Virus record (IMG/VR): IMGVR_UViG_3300036766_000876
Coordinates: 1-64,000 of that record
Direction: 5' to 3' (one strand)
Length of the DNA: 64,000 nucleotides
Source: a virus
Program-made: the position numbers and the translations under genes
Shown here: piece by piece, positions 9,514 to 18,589 of the stretch
Numbering within the stretch: the stretch's first letter is position 1
Layout of the letters: each line of letters opens with the position of its first letter
Notes under the pieces: model-generated
Told to the model about the DNA's origin: nothing
Databases searched by the model: none
The model's input: the letters and a program-made list of their open reading frames with translations, nothing else

Positions 9514-10221
9514 TCATGGCTCCACCCAGCCCTTCGGCTTCGGGCACACGCTCGCCCAGGCGGCCTCATTGGCCGGCAGCGAGCGCCGCACCAGCAGGCG
9601 GTGAATCTCCTCGCTCGACTCGGCGGGCTCGCTCGCGGCGTAGCGGTTGCCGAGGCCCCCAGACGCCAGCAGGTCGAGCCCGGCGAGGTTGCGCTCGCCC
9701 GTGCGCTGGATAGTGACGGCGCCCGGCAGTAACTCGTACTCGTCGCCATCGACCCGGCGCAGCCAGCCGACGCGGGTTACGGCGTACCCATAATAGGCAC
9801 CCGTCGTCTGTATCACCTTCAGCCCTTCTCGCATGTCCGGCTCCTTCGTCAGCAGCTTGAAAAGGTTTTGATTTGCGGCGTCGTCGTCGGCGGCGTCGGA
9901 GGCGTCGGAGGCGGCGCGGGTGGCGTCGGCGGCGTCGGAGGCGGAGGCGTCGTCGGCGGTGGCGTCGTCGGCGGCGTCGGAGGCGCGGGTGGCGTCGGCG
10001 GCGTCGGAGGCGGTGGCGTCGTCGGCGGCGTCGGCGGCGCGGGCGGCGTCGGAGGCGGAGGCGTCGGCGGCGGCGGCGGAGGCGGTGGCGTCGTCGGAAA
10101 TCCACCAGAGCACCACACCAAGGCGCGTCTCGCGCCGCCCGTGCTCGATGTGCCAGTCGCTCAGCACGCGCCGCGCGTCAGGCTCGCTGCGGCGGTTGAG
10201 GAGTGCGAGTGGCGGCCTCAC
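9514..10221 (-). CDS. Protein with TIGR02996-like N-terminus, Ala/Asp repeat tract and C-terminal globular domain
   Basis: PDARRVLSDWHIEHG; (A/D/S/T) tract; internal AAGGAG-ATG at 9834. Confidence 0.55.
   Translation of the reverse strand: MRPPLALLNRRSEPDARRVLSDWHIEHGRRETRLGVVLWWISDDATASAAAADASASDAARAADAADDATASDAADATRASDAADDATADDASASDAADATRAASDASDAADDDAANQNLFKLLTKEPDMREGLKVIQTTGAYYGYAVTRVGWLRRVDGDEYELLPGAVTIQRTGERNLAGLDLLASGGLGNRYAASEPAESSEEIHRLLVRRSLPANEAAWASVCPKPKGWVEP
9876..10097. repeat. Low-complexity GCC/GAC/TCC/ACC codon repeat
   Basis: About 220 bp of ggcgtcggcggcgtcggag-type units. Confidence 0.85.
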
Positions 10222-10541
10222 GGCTCCACCCCCGGCACGACTCCGAGAGCGGCGGCGGCGCGAGACGTTCCTTTAGTGCTCACGGTTCCTTTCGCCTTTG
10301 CGCTGACACTCTGGTTGATGATTCTGGCAATTTCCTCACCATATGCGTCTGCAAGCAGGTTGTTGTGTCGCTCCACCTCACTGACCGCCGCCTGGAGCGC
10401 CTCGCGGAGCTTGGCGTTCTCCTCGCGGAGCCGCAGCACCTCCCGAGCGAACGCCCTCACCTTGGCGTTGCCGATGTTCTCTGCCACGAGGTTCTCAGCC
10501 TCCATCCACACGTCTTCCTCAGTCATGGTGGCGCTTGTCAT
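10218..10541 (-). CDS. Hypothetical coiled-coil protein
   Basis: MTSATMTEEDVW...; coupled to neighbours. Confidence 0.5.
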   Translation of the reverse strand: MTSATMTEEDVWMEAENLVAENIGNAKVRAFAREVLRLREENAKLREALQAAVSEVERHNNLLADAYGEEIARIINQSVSAKAKGTVSTKGTSRAAAALGVVPGVEP

Positions 10542-10617
10542 CGCTCCCTCCGGGCAACGACGCCGAGCCACCAGACGATGGTGAGAAGCAGCAGTGCGAT
10601 TGCGGTCATGGGCTCTC

Positions 10618-10644
10618 CTTGCCCCAGGCCGCCCAGATTTTCCC
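10618..10644 (-). promoter_or_regulatory. GGGAAAA-N13-GGGCAAG phage promoter motif
   Basis: Exact match, 8 nt upstream of ATG 10609 (23-aa TM peptide). Confidence 0.7.
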
Positions 10645-10652
10645 CACCGAGG

Positions 10653-11270
10653 TCACTTCCACCAGTGGACCTCCGCCGGCTTGATGCTCTCCTCCATCGT
10701 TGCCCAACAGACTCGGGCGGACCCGGCCGGCGCCATCGCAGCGAAGACGAGCTCCGCGACAGAGCCAACGGTGACGCAAGCCGCGGAGGGCTCCTTGTAG
10801 TCCATGTACGCCCACCCCCCGGCCTGCATCTTCAGGAGGCATACGACGTGACCGTCCACGCGGAGGTTCCCCGGCTCGCACCAGAAGGCCGCGAGGAACA
10901 TCGGCGGTGCCGCCACCTCGCGCAGGAGGCCGGCCCACATGGAGCGGGTGATGGCTGCGATGAGGAAGGCCGCGTGGTCCTCGCAGTCGAGGCCGGACGT
11001 TGGGGTGAGCTCTTCCCCAGCGAAAATCTGCTGGGCCCGCTCGGGGCGCATCGTCACATCCCAGAATTGGCGTGGCCCGTCCGCCCGCCAGAGGCGCCCC
11101 CACTGGAGGAACGGCGGCAGCAAGTCCAGCGAGGCGAAGGTGCGAATCTTCACCGCTCCGTAGCCACGCTCGAACAGCGCCCGGTAGATGACGGACTTCG
11201 CCTGGTAGAGGCGAAGCCTGAGGTACAGCCACATCGCCAGGCGGCAGAGGAACAACCAGACGGAGCGCAT
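10653..11270 (-). CDS. Transglutaminase-like (papain-fold) cysteine enzyme
   Basis: GLDCEDHA...GHVVCLL...WAYMD gives a C-H-D triad. Confidence 0.65.
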   Translation of the reverse strand: MRSVWLFLCRLAMWLYLRLRLYQAKSVIYRALFERGYGAVKIRTFASLDLLPPFLQWGRLWRADGPRQFWDVTMRPERAQQIFAGEELTPTSGLDCEDHAAFLIAAITRSMWAGLLREVAAPPMFLAAFWCEPGNLRVDGHVVCLLKMQAGGWAYMDYKEPSAACVTVGSVAELVFAAMAPAGSARVCWATMEESIKPAEVHWWK

Positions 11271-11452
11271 GGGGGCTCAGCCGTCGCAGGGGCCGGTGAG
11301 GGCTCCGGAGGCGGACACCACACCGCAGCGGCGGCAGACGCGGGCCTGCCCGCTGGGCGCCCTTGCGTGAGAGAACACGTACCAGACGTGCTCCTGGGGA
11401 GTGACCAGGAACAAGGTGGGCGCTGGCGAGAGGTGTGTCTGGGGCACGACGT

Positions 11453-11698
11453 TCACTTGGACAGCTCCTTCATGAGTGCGTCCGCGTAGGCGACTGCCCG
11501 CCGCGCGGCATCCTGCGGGGAGAGGTTGGGGCCGTTGACGGTGAGCAGGCCCTGGAGGGCCGCCACAGCGGCCTCCGAGCGGCGGGCATCCGTCACCCAG
11601 GAGGCCTGCCGGAGCTCAGCCGCTGGCTGCGCGCCCTCAGCCGGAGGCACTGGCGCCGCCGGACGGTTGAGGAACAGGGGCGCTGGTGGGACCGTCAT
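11453..11698 (-). CDS. Hypothetical protein
   Basis: C-terminal AAVAALQGLL...ARRAVAYADALMKEL, common in small phage proteins. Confidence 0.55.
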   Translation of the reverse strand: MTVPPAPLFLNRPAAPVPPAEGAQPAAELRQASWVTDARRSEAAVAALQGLLTVNGPNLSPQDAARRAVAYADALMKELSK

Positions 11699-11906
11699 TC
11701 GCGCCGGATAGCACGAGACGGGCGAGCTCCTCCAGCGCGTACCCCAAGGCCTTCCGCTTGGAGCGGCTGGTGGCGGAGGCTACGTGGCCGCAGCCGTGGA
11801 GTTGGCAGGTGAAGTACGTCCCACCGAGCTGCTCCACGGGAATCCACAGAGCCATGCGCACGGCCTCCGGCAGCGCGAGGGAGAGCACGTCGGCCGGCTC
11901 GCTCAC
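11637..11906 (-). CDS. Hypothetical protein
   Basis: Coupled ORF. Confidence 0.45.
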   Translation of the reverse strand: MSEPADVLSLALPEAVRMALWIPVEQLGGTYFTCQLHGCGHVASATSRSKRKALGYALEELARLVLSGANDGPTSAPVPQPSGGASASG

Positions 11907-12262
11907 TTCCGGGCCTCGTCCACCAGCACGTCCGCCATCTGGAGGGCCTGGCGCGCGTACCGCCGCATGGCCTCCGGCTCTGTTGGAATCGGTGAGTGGT
12001 TGGCGAGGAGCCCACTGGCGATGCCGATGCGGAAGCTGACCTTCCTGTCCGCCTCATGGCGGGCGATGTCCTCTGCCCGGTGCGCGTTGGACGTAGTGGC
12101 TACCTTCGCGAGGTCCTCGCGCAGCTCCGCCGCGTTCACAGCGAGGGCAGCCTTCAGCATCTCCGCCATGTTCGTGTCGAGGCGAAGCTGGAAGGCCGCC
12201 CGCTCCAACTCCCTCCGCTTCGCGTCGTACTCCAGTGCTTCCTTCAGCTCCGCTTCCGTCAT
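11903..12262 (-). CDS. Hypothetical protein
   Basis: GGAGGAG SD before MTEAELKE; C-terminus resembles the 11453 ORF. Confidence 0.6.
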   Translation of the reverse strand: MTEAELKEALEYDAKRRELERAAFQLRLDTNMAEMLKAALAVNAAELREDLAKVATTSNAHRAEDIARHEADRKVSFRIGIASGLLANHSPIPTEPEAMRRYARQALQMADVLVDEARK

Positions 12263-12654
12263 GGTGCTCCTCCGTGTGCTGCGTTTGACACAACGAGCCT
12301 GCGAACGGAATCCCGCGCTGCCTCGCGCTCCGCAATCCTGCGGTGAATCTCCGCCACAAATGGGATGGCCCGGGTGCTGGCGACCTGCTCGTCCCCACCA
12401 TCGAAGTTGCAACGGAAAAGAGCACCCTCGGAAGTGATGGTGACACGCCCGAAGTACTCCATGCCGCCGCCGTACCTCGTCTGGCCCTCAAGCGTGACTT
12501 GGTAGGTGACCCGAAAGTGGACGCTCACCCAGCGCTTGGTGCGAGCGATGTCCTCGTACCCGCCGTCGAACTCCCCGCCAATCTCGTAGGCGACGACGCC
12601 CGGCAGGAACGCCAGCACGCCATTGCAGGCCTCCGCGAACTCCGGGTACGTCAT
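12259..12654 (-). CDS. Small protein with C-terminal RL tag
   Basis: ...ARDSVRRLVV; ATGA coupling. Confidence 0.55.
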   Translation of the reverse strand: MTYPEFAEACNGVLAFLPGVVAYEIGGEFDGGYEDIARTKRWVSVHFRVTYQVTLEGQTRYGGGMEYFGRVTITSEGALFRCNFDGGDEQVASTRAIPFVAEIHRRIAEREAARDSVRRLVVSNAAHGGAP

Positions 12655-13046
12655 CCCGCTGCCCCGAGGCGCCAAGCCGCGGCCTCCTTCGGGAGAATCT
12701 CCTTGGCCCACCAGCAGGCGCTAGCGAAGGAGCTGCATGGGAGGAGCAGCTTCTCCGGCTGGCCCGGGACGTACAGGAGGAGCTCGTACCACTTGGTCGT
12801 CACCTTCTCCGAGTACCAGAGCGGTCGCCGCGCGTGCCCTGGTGGGTGGACAGAGCGCGCCATGAGGTGGACGCCTGTCCCCTGCGTGACGTGGGGCGAC
12901 CACTTCGTCGTCTCGATGAAGAGCGCCCAAGCGGAGCCGTGTTCCACGGCCACGCGAGGCTCGCAGTGGAGCCCGTGCTCCCTCGCAGTCCGCTTCCGCC
13001 TCCGGACGAGGTTGGCCCACTCCCGGTTCTCCCAATTCTTGTTCAA
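12651..13046 (-). CDS. Small protein with C-terminal RL-G tag
   Basis: ...KEAAAWRLGAAG*. Confidence 0.55.
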   Translation of the reverse strand: MNKNWENREWANLVRRRKRTAREHGLHCEPRVAVEHGSAWALFIETTKWSPHVTQGTGVHLMARSVHPPGHARRPLWYSEKVTTKWYELLLYVPGQPEKLLLPCSSFASACWWAKEILPKEAAAWRLGAAG

Positions 13047-13381
13047 CGCGCCTCCGCCATCTCTGTGAGGCGCCCAACAGCCGCCTTCGCCCTGGCAGCG
13101 CCCTCCGCCTCCACCAGCGCCTCCTTGAAGAGTCGGAAATGGAGCAGTGCTCCACCAGGGCCACGCCATGCCTTGAAGACACGCGAGCGCCCATTCCAAG
13201 GCCGGTCCGGCTCTACAAAGTCCAGCCTCTCGTAGAAGGCGCAATGGGCTCCATCAACCTCGACCTCCCAGAGGCCAAGGCCCTTGTGGGTCAGCCAGGC
13301 CCCGCTCTTGAGCAGCATCCGCTCGTTGACGAGCAGCCTGCTGGGGCTCTTCCCAGTGACGCCAGTGACGCCGCGCATCAT
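13043..13381 (-). CDS. Small protein with C-terminal RL tag
   Basis: ...AKAAVGRLTEMAEAR*. Confidence 0.55.
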   Translation of the reverse strand: MMRGVTGVTGKSPSRLLVNERMLLKSGAWLTHKGLGLWEVEVDGAHCAFYERLDFVEPDRPWNGRSRVFKAWRGPGGALLHFRLFKEALVEAEGAARAKAAVGRLTEMAEAR

Positions 13382-13722
13382 CCTTGGAGCCTCCACCGCG
13401 CGTCGAGCACTTCAAAGTCTCGCCGCACAGCGTCCATGGCGGCCTCTGGGGATGTGTACTTCCCGGCAGAAGCCGACGGGACCTTCAGCCCCGTCGCGGC
13501 AGCGAACCAGGAGACGCCCCAGCTCGGAAACAGAGCCGTCAGCTCGGCGGTGAGGACAACGGTTGGCCCACGCGCCCGGGCGTAGCTCATGGTGCCCCGC
13601 TCGTCGTCGAACGCGGCCAACAACCGGAACTGGAAGTCATCGACGGCGAGAGCAGTGAGCCCGCGGGCCTGCGCGAGGAGGACGACGCTCACCAAGGTCT
13701 GCTCCGCGGGTGTGATGCTCAC
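13378..13722 (-). CDS. Small protein with C-terminal RL-G tag
   Basis: ...VLDARWRLQG*; GGAGGAG SD. Confidence 0.6.
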   Translation of the reverse strand: MSITPAEQTLVSVVLLAQARGLTALAVDDFQFRLLAAFDDERGTMSYARARGPTVVLTAELTALFPSWGVSWFAAATGLKVPSASAGKYTSPEAAMDAVRRDFEVLDARWRLQG

Positions 13723-14420
13723 CGGCTCCTCCCTTGCCCCGGCCGGTCCCGTTTTCCCGGCACACTCGGGAGCGCCACAGGGGCAACGTACGGGCGGATG
13801 TCGGTGATGCCGTGGGACTCGAACGCCTCCCTGAGAGTCGGGAAGCGCCGGCCGGCCAAGGCAAACACAGGGGGCTTCCGCGTGCGGCCACCGAGGCGAT
13901 CCACGGACTCGTTCACCACCTCCAGCTCGCGCTCCATCTCCCAACGTGCGCCGTACAGCTTCCTGTTGAGCTCCGTCTCCATGAGGACTCCCTCCACGGC
14001 CAAGCGGAGCGCCGCTCGAAGGCTGGCGCTGGAGCCAAGCCAGACGTGCTCCTGGTGCCGGCGAGCACGGCTGAGCCGCCACCAGCGCTCCATCTGAACG
14101 CCCCAGCGCCTCCCATTGAAGAAGAGCCAGCAGGTGACGGAGGCGCGGCTCCAGAGGCCCCAGCGGAGGACCTTGGTGCGCTTCTTCAGGCGCTTCCCGA
14201 TACTGCTCGGCGCCATCTCATCCCGGGCCTCGCGCGCCTTGGGGCCGTAGCTCTCCCAGATGAACGCCTCGTGCAGTGCTGCGTAGTGCTGGGAGGTGAA
14301 GCCGTGCGCCTCCAGCTCCGCCCGGACAGCGAGCTCGTACACCAGGCGAGGGAGGCCTCCTGGGTGGTGGCCGGAGATGAACGTCTGCTCCCGCATGAGC
14401 CTCGTTCGGTACACGCTCAT
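13719..14420 (-). CDS. Hypothetical protein with sub-terminal RLGG tag
   Basis: ...NESVDRLGG... Confidence 0.55.
   Translation of the reverse strand: MSVYRTRLMREQTFISGHHPGGLPRLVYELAVRAELEAHGFTSQHYAALHEAFIWESYGPKAREARDEMAPSSIGKRLKKRTKVLRWGLWSRASVTCWLFFNGRRWGVQMERWWRLSRARRHQEHVWLGSSASLRAALRLAVEGVLMETELNRKLYGARWEMERELEVVNESVDRLGGRTRKPPVFALAGRRFPTLREAFESHGITDIRPYVAPVALPSVPGKRDRPGQGRSR
13733..13758 (-). promoter_or_regulatory. GGGAAAA-N12-GGGCAAG phage promoter motif
   Basis: 12-nt spacer variant, 10 nt upstream of GTG 13722. Confidence 0.6.
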
Positions 14421-14797
14421 CGCCCGCGGAGCCTCCGCACGGAGTCCGTCGTGACGACTTGCTCCTTGGCGTCCTGGATGGCGTCGTCGAGCTTGTCGAA
14501 CCAGCGCTCCCCGAGGGGGCCAGACGACAGGTACTCCTTGGACGCGGCGAGCTCCGGCCCGTACTGCGGCCAGCGGCGCACCCCTGCGACAGGGTCCCCG
14601 AAGATGATGCCCGTCTTCAGGCGAAGCGTGTTCCGCTTCTCCACCTCCTCGCCACCAAAGCGGATGTGCCACCGCCGCTGCTTCTGACGCTCGCAGACGA
14701 CGTGGTGCTCGTCGTCGATGATGACCCGCGCCCCAACGGGCATGGTGGCGATGTTCCAGCGATGGGGCCCTGGCGAGGGCTGGATGCCGGTCCTCAT
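14417..14797 (-). CDS. Small protein with C-terminal RL-G tag
   Basis: ...TDSVRRLRGR*. Confidence 0.6.
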   Translation of the reverse strand: MRTGIQPSPGPHRWNIATMPVGARVIIDDEHHVVCERQKQRRWHIRFGGEEVEKRNTLRLKTGIIFGDPVAGVRRWPQYGPELAASKEYLSSGPLGERWFDKLDDAIQDAKEQVVTTDSVRRLRGR

Positions 14798-15087
14798 CCT
14801 GCGAGCCTCCGCCTGGCATCCTCGCGGAGCCCCTCTCGGAGCGCCGCCCGAAATACGACGGGCCAGCGGCCTTCCGACACGAGCACGTCGTCAGCGGCTC
14901 TGGACTTGACGATGACGGCCCGCCACGTTCCGTTCGCGCGCCCGATGGCGACCATCGTGGCGATCCGCCAGTTTCTGTCGGGGCAGATTTGCAGCATGTA
15001 CATGTTGCGCGAGCGCCGGAACAACGCCGCAACTCGCTTCACTCGGCGGACGAAGCGGAGGAGGGATGACCGGGGCCCCATCACCAC
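14794..15087 (-). CDS. Small protein with C-terminal RL-G tag
   Basis: ...REDARRRLAG*. Confidence 0.55.
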   Translation of the reverse strand: MVMGPRSSLLRFVRRVKRVAALFRRSRNMYMLQICPDRNWRIATMVAIGRANGTWRAVIVKSRAADDVLVSEGRWPVVFRAALREGLREDARRRLAG

Positions 15088-15290
15088 TCCTGTGGAGGCG
15101 CAATCTCACCGATGGCGAGCTCGTTCTTCCCCTTGTACCGCGCGTGGAAGTACATCTTCTGTCGCCCGCCCATCAGCATCTTCACCTCCTCTGAGAGGGG
15201 AGCCTCGAACTGGACGGTGCGCTTCTCGTCGTGTGCGAGCATCCGCTGGAAGCCGTTGACGCCGATGGACACCTGAATCTTGAGAATCAT
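15081..15290 (-). CDS. Hypothetical protein
   Basis: MILKIQVSI... directly after a promoter motif. Confidence 0.6.
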   Translation of the reverse strand: MILKIQVSIGVNGFQRMLAHDEKRTVQFEAPLSEEVKMLMGGRQKMYFHARYKGKNELAIGEIAPPQEW

Positions 15291-15616
15291 GCTTCCCCCT
15301 CTTGCCCCGTGGACTCGGCTTTTTCCCAACGTGCGCCGGGCCGCCCCGTGAACGCTGGGTCCTGGAGCTCCCCCGTCAAGCGCCACACCGTGGCCGCGAG
15401 GGCGATGAGCCCCTTCGCCTCCGCCATGGCGTCGGTGAATGTCCCATGGCGAGTCCTGCCCTCCGCCCATTGCGTCTCCCATGGCATCGAGCTGACGAAG
15501 TACTTGCCCTCCGCGAGAAGGACGTACAGCGCGTTGCGCACAGCCTTGTTGTTCACCCGCCAGACGGGCTTCCGCTTCCACTGCTTGTAGTACGTCCCGT
15601 CCCTGTCAGCGCCCAC
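15287..15616 (-). CDS. Small protein with RL-G tag
   Basis: ...LAATVWRLTGE... Confidence 0.55.
   Translation of the reverse strand: MGADRDGTYYKQWKRKPVWRVNNKAVRNALYVLLAEGKYFVSSMPWETQWAEGRTRHGTFTDAMAEAKGLIALAATVWRLTGELQDPAFTGRPGARWEKAESTGQEGEA
15301..15327 (-). promoter_or_regulatory. GGGAAAA-N13-GGGCAAG phage promoter motif
   Basis: Exact match, 10 nt upstream of ATG 15290. Confidence 0.7.
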
Positions 15617-15887
15617 GGAGCCGCCCCTCCGCGTCCCTGGCGAGCCGGAGCTCGACGGCGGAGCGCAGCCCTTCGTGGAACGGGAGCGTCACCGGCTCGA
15701 AGCCCATCGTCTCAGCCACCTTGAGCAGCCAGGTGTGGTGCTTCTCGCAAAGTGAGAGGGGCAGGGTGGCCCCGGGCCATGTCCCGATCCACTTCGTTGG
15801 TTCTCCGCAAAGCTCGGTGTCGAGGCGCCGCTCCAGCTTCTGGTTGCAGCGCAGCTCCATGTGGTGCGTGAGGTCCGAGGTGTTCAT
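15606..15887 (-). CDS. Small Cys/His protein with C-terminal RL-G tag
   Basis: ...ARDAEGRLRGR*. Confidence 0.55.
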   Translation of the reverse strand: MNTSDLTHHMELRCNQKLERRLDTELCGEPTKWIGTWPGATLPLSLCEKHHTWLLKVAETMGFEPVTLPFHEGLRSAVELRLARDAEGRLRGR

Positions 15888-16423
15888 TCGAGTCCCTGCT
15901 CCTCCGCCTCTTCGGCCGCGCCCAGCTTGGCCCGGCGCCGCCTGTACGTCTCGCGGCACTCGGGGCAGGGCTTGAGCTGCGTGGCCAGGAAGTCCGGCAC
16001 GCGCCCGGACAAGGCCTCCTTGGCGAAGAGGGCCCTGAGCCGCTCCTCCGCCTGCTGCACGCAGTCGATGGGGACGTCCTGGGGCGACATCACGTTGCTC
16101 GTTGGCTTGCGCGCCCCGCGCGCCCGAGGCCACGCGCCCTTCCAGACGTCGGGCCTCAGGGCCGGGTTGGAGAGGCGCATCGACAGGAGGCCGGACTTCC
16201 AGCGCCGGAGGTACACCACCAGGACGGAGATGGAGGAGGCCCCACAGTACGAGGTGCCGTCCTCCCGGGTGCGCATCATCCGGAGCTGGGCCACGCCCTG
16301 CTCCCCAGCGCCAACGTCCTTCCCGATGCGATGGACGTGCTCGTGGACGGAGCAGCCCGGCGGGCAGAGGCCACCGAAGAGGGGGCTCCAGGCAGCGCGC
16401 GAGGTGGGGCGGTAGGGACTCAC
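15884..16423 (-). CDS. Hypothetical Cys-containing protein
   Basis: Coupled ORF; CPPGC, CPEC. Confidence 0.5.
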   Translation of the reverse strand: MSPYRPTSRAAWSPLFGGLCPPGCSVHEHVHRIGKDVGAGEQGVAQLRMMRTREDGTSYCGASSISVLVVYLRRWKSGLLSMRLSNPALRPDVWKGAWPRARGARKPTSNVMSPQDVPIDCVQQAEERLRALFAKEALSGRVPDFLATQLKPCPECRETYRRRRAKLGAAEEAEEQGLE

Positions 16424-16890
16424 CCGTGCCTCACCCTGCGGGGTAGCTTCCCCTGGAGCCGCCGCGTGGCCTCCTCCGCGAGGAGCTGGTCCTCGAAGGC
16501 CCGGGCCGCCAGCCGGATGTTGCGGAGGCGGTACGGGTCCTCCACGAGGTACTTCCCATCCACGCCCTGCTTCAGCCGCCAGACCTCCGCGTAGTGAGCA
16601 ACGTGGCCGGAGCTGATGTGGACGTCCTCCCGCTCAAAGAGGCCCGTGTTGAAGAGGAGCTCGCGAACGTCGCATGGCTCGTGCTCCCTGACGTGAATCT
16701 CGTCGTCTCCCAGGAGCTCGTCCGGGAGGTTGGTGGAGAGCGTGTCCCAGGGCACCTGCTGCGGCCCGAGCACCTGGAAGGCCGGGCGCCTGTTGCCGTA
16801 CCGGCCGACCTTGAGCGTGTAGACGCCGCGATGGGGGCCGGTCGCCAAGACGAGCGGTAGGTCCTGGAGCGCCTCGAACGGGGATGCCAT
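16420..16890 (-). CDS. Protein with C-terminal RL-G tag
   Basis: MASPFEAL...; ...AEEATRRLQGK. Confidence 0.6.
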   Translation of the reverse strand: MASPFEALQDLPLVLATGPHRGVYTLKVGRYGNRRPAFQVLGPQQVPWDTLSTNLPDELLGDDEIHVREHEPCDVRELLFNTGLFEREDVHISSGHVAHYAEVWRLKQGVDGKYLVEDPYRLRNIRLAARAFEDQLLAEEATRRLQGKLPRRVRHG

Positions 16891-16899
16891 GCCCTCTCC

Positions 16900-16926
16900 C
16901 TTGCCCCGGTGGGGCCAGTTTTTCCC
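16900..16926 (-). promoter_or_regulatory. GGGAAAA-N13-GGGCAAG phage promoter motif
   Basis: Exact match, 9 nt upstream of ATG 16890. Confidence 0.7.
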
Positions 16927-17279
16927 TACAGGCTCCGGTCCGGATCCGGCGCCTGGCCGAGCAACCTCTCCAGGGCCTCCCTCTGAGACTCCGACATCGA
17001 GTAGAGCGCCACCGCCCGCGCGTGGCCGGCCAGCGCCTCCGCCTCCGTGCAGTACCGCTCCTGGTAGGGCCACTTCCCAGAGCCCATGTGCTGGACCATC
17101 GTCTCGAAGATGACCGGCTCCGCGTCCGTGCTGAAGCTGTGATCGCTCCCGAGCCAGACGGTGGACACCCAGTAGGCCCCGCACGTCGTCTCCGCCACCC
17201 GCTTGTACTTCGAGTCCGTGAGGAGGGCGCCGTACTCCTCGTACGTGAGCGGCTGCCCCTGCTTGTCGAAGTGCCTCAC
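16926..17279 (-). CDS. Small phage protein with RL-G tag
   Basis: VSTVWLGSDH...FETMV...RYCTEAEALAGH; ...REALERLLG. Confidence 0.65.
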   Translation of the reverse strand: MRHFDKQGQPLTYEEYGALLTDSKYKRVAETTCGAYWVSTVWLGSDHSFSTDAEPVIFETMVQHMGSGKWPYQERYCTEAEALAGHARAVALYSMSESQREALERLLGQAPDPDRSL

Positions 17280-17587
17280 AGCGGAGCCCCCAAGCGCACG
17301 AGGGAGTCCTTCTCGATGGCCCAAGCCAGGAGGCTCTGAGCCACCTCCCCGGCCTTGAGCCCGAGCTCGCGGTACTCGGCGTTGCCGAGAAACCTGTTGG
17401 ACTCACCCGTCCAGTTGATGCCCCAATGGATGAAGAGCCGGAAGGTGAGGATGACGTCTGGCCCCGTCGTGACCTGGACCGCCACACGGCCCTTGAAGAC
17501 TTCCGCCTTGACGCTCTTCGCGCCGAAGCGTTCCTCCAGGGCGCGGAAGACGGCCCGCTTGACGGTGTGCGTCGTGTCCGGGCTCAC
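17276..17587 (-). CDS. Small protein with C-terminal RL-G tag
   Basis: ...EKDSLVRLGAPL*. Confidence 0.55.
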   Translation of the reverse strand: MSPDTTHTVKRAVFRALEERFGAKSVKAEVFKGRVAVQVTTGPDVILTFRLFIHWGINWTGESNRFLGNAEYRELGLKAGEVAQSLLAWAIEKDSLVRLGAPL

Positions 17588-17913
17588 GTTGCCGGCCCAA
17601 TCCAGTCGAGGTGATGCGGAACGTGGGAGCCGTCCAGGCGACGAGCTGCTTGCTCCGCCTTGCGCTTCTCCTGTTGGAGCCGGCGCTTCTCGTCCCACTT
17701 CCGGAGCTCGTGGTCCATGTACGGGCGGAGGTCTGTCGGGTCCACGCCCTCCTTCCACGAGGTGCGCACCCACGCCGGGTATGGGTGGGACGAGTACCGC
17801 CCCGGGTTGGTCCACGGGAGCACCACCCGGTCGCCCCACTTGGTAAGCGCACCAGCCGCGCCCACCCACTCCTCGAAGGTGAGGCCCTCCGGGTTGGTGG
17901 AGTAGCGAGCCAT
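17584..17913 (-). CDS. Small protein with RL-G tag
   Basis: ...AEQAARRLDGS... Confidence 0.55.
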   Translation of the reverse strand: MARYSTNPEGLTFEEWVGAAGALTKWGDRVVLPWTNPGRYSSHPYPAWVRTSWKEGVDPTDLRPYMDHELRKWDEKRRLQQEKRKAEQAARRLDGSHVPHHLDWIGPAT

Positions 17914-18293
17914 CACCAAACCCCGGGTCTGTCTGAACGCCACTCAGGGAGCACAACCCCAAGGCGCACCTTCGCGGCGGCCACGTTGTACAGGCGCAGC
18001 GCCTCGACCTTGGCCTCCTTGAGAGAGCAGCGGAGCTTCGTGAGGCCCCCGTGGAGGTCCCTGCGCGGGCGCACAGAGAGGTCCCAGGCATCCCACCTCT
18101 TGGAGAAGATCCGCCTGGAGAGACGCGCGCAGACGAAGCGCCCGTCACCGGGCCCCTCGAACGAGCCGGCCCGTGGGAGGAGCCACAGAAGGTGGTCGCC
18201 AAAGGTGTCCCGCCTCCACCAGAACGTGAGCGGCTCCGGGAGCTTGGTGCGCCTGGCGAGCTCCTCAAGCTCGGCGTACGTGTAGGTCTTCAC
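17913..18293 (-). CDS. Small protein with RL-G tag
   Basis: ...VAAAKVRLGV... Confidence 0.55.
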   Translation of the reverse strand: MKTYTYAELEELARRTKLPEPLTFWWRRDTFGDHLLWLLPRAGSFEGPGDGRFVCARLSRRIFSKRWDAWDLSVRPRRDLHGGLTKLRCSLKEAKVEALRLYNVAAAKVRLGVVLPEWRSDRPGVW

Positions 18294-18589
18294 CAGTGCT
18301 CCCTCTGCTCCTGGAGGGCCACCTTCAGCTCATCCCGCTCCGCTTCGAGCCGGGCGACGTACGTCTTGGCGAGGTCGAGCCCCTTCGCCATCGCCTGCCC
18401 CTGCGTCTGGTAACCGGCCTTCGCTGCGGAGGCGGCAGCCCGCATGATGAGCGAGCAGGCCCGGGCCCAATCGAGAGCAGGCATACGCTGGAGGGCTGCA
18501 AGCCGGGCCTTCAGCTCGGCAATCTCCTCTAGGGCAGCTTCGTAGGTGGCGGGAGGGGGTGGCGCTGGACGGCGGGAAGGGACCTTCAT
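18290..18589 (-). CDS. Hypothetical coiled-coil protein
   Basis: MKVPSRR..., ATGA coupling. Confidence 0.5.
   Translation of the reverse strand: MKVPSRRPAPPPPATYEAALEEIAELKARLAALQRMPALDWARACSLIMRAAASAAKAGYQTQGQAMAKGLDLAKTYVARLEAERDELKVALQEQREHW

Noticed and set aside
9876-10097. Possible diversity-generating retroelement or CRISPR-like repeat
   Set aside because: No reverse transcriptase, no template/variable repeat pair and no repeat-spacer periodicity.
9566-10584. Poly-Arg, poly-Pro/Thr and poly-Gly/Val ORFs
   Set aside because: Alternative frames of the Ala/Asp codon repeat.
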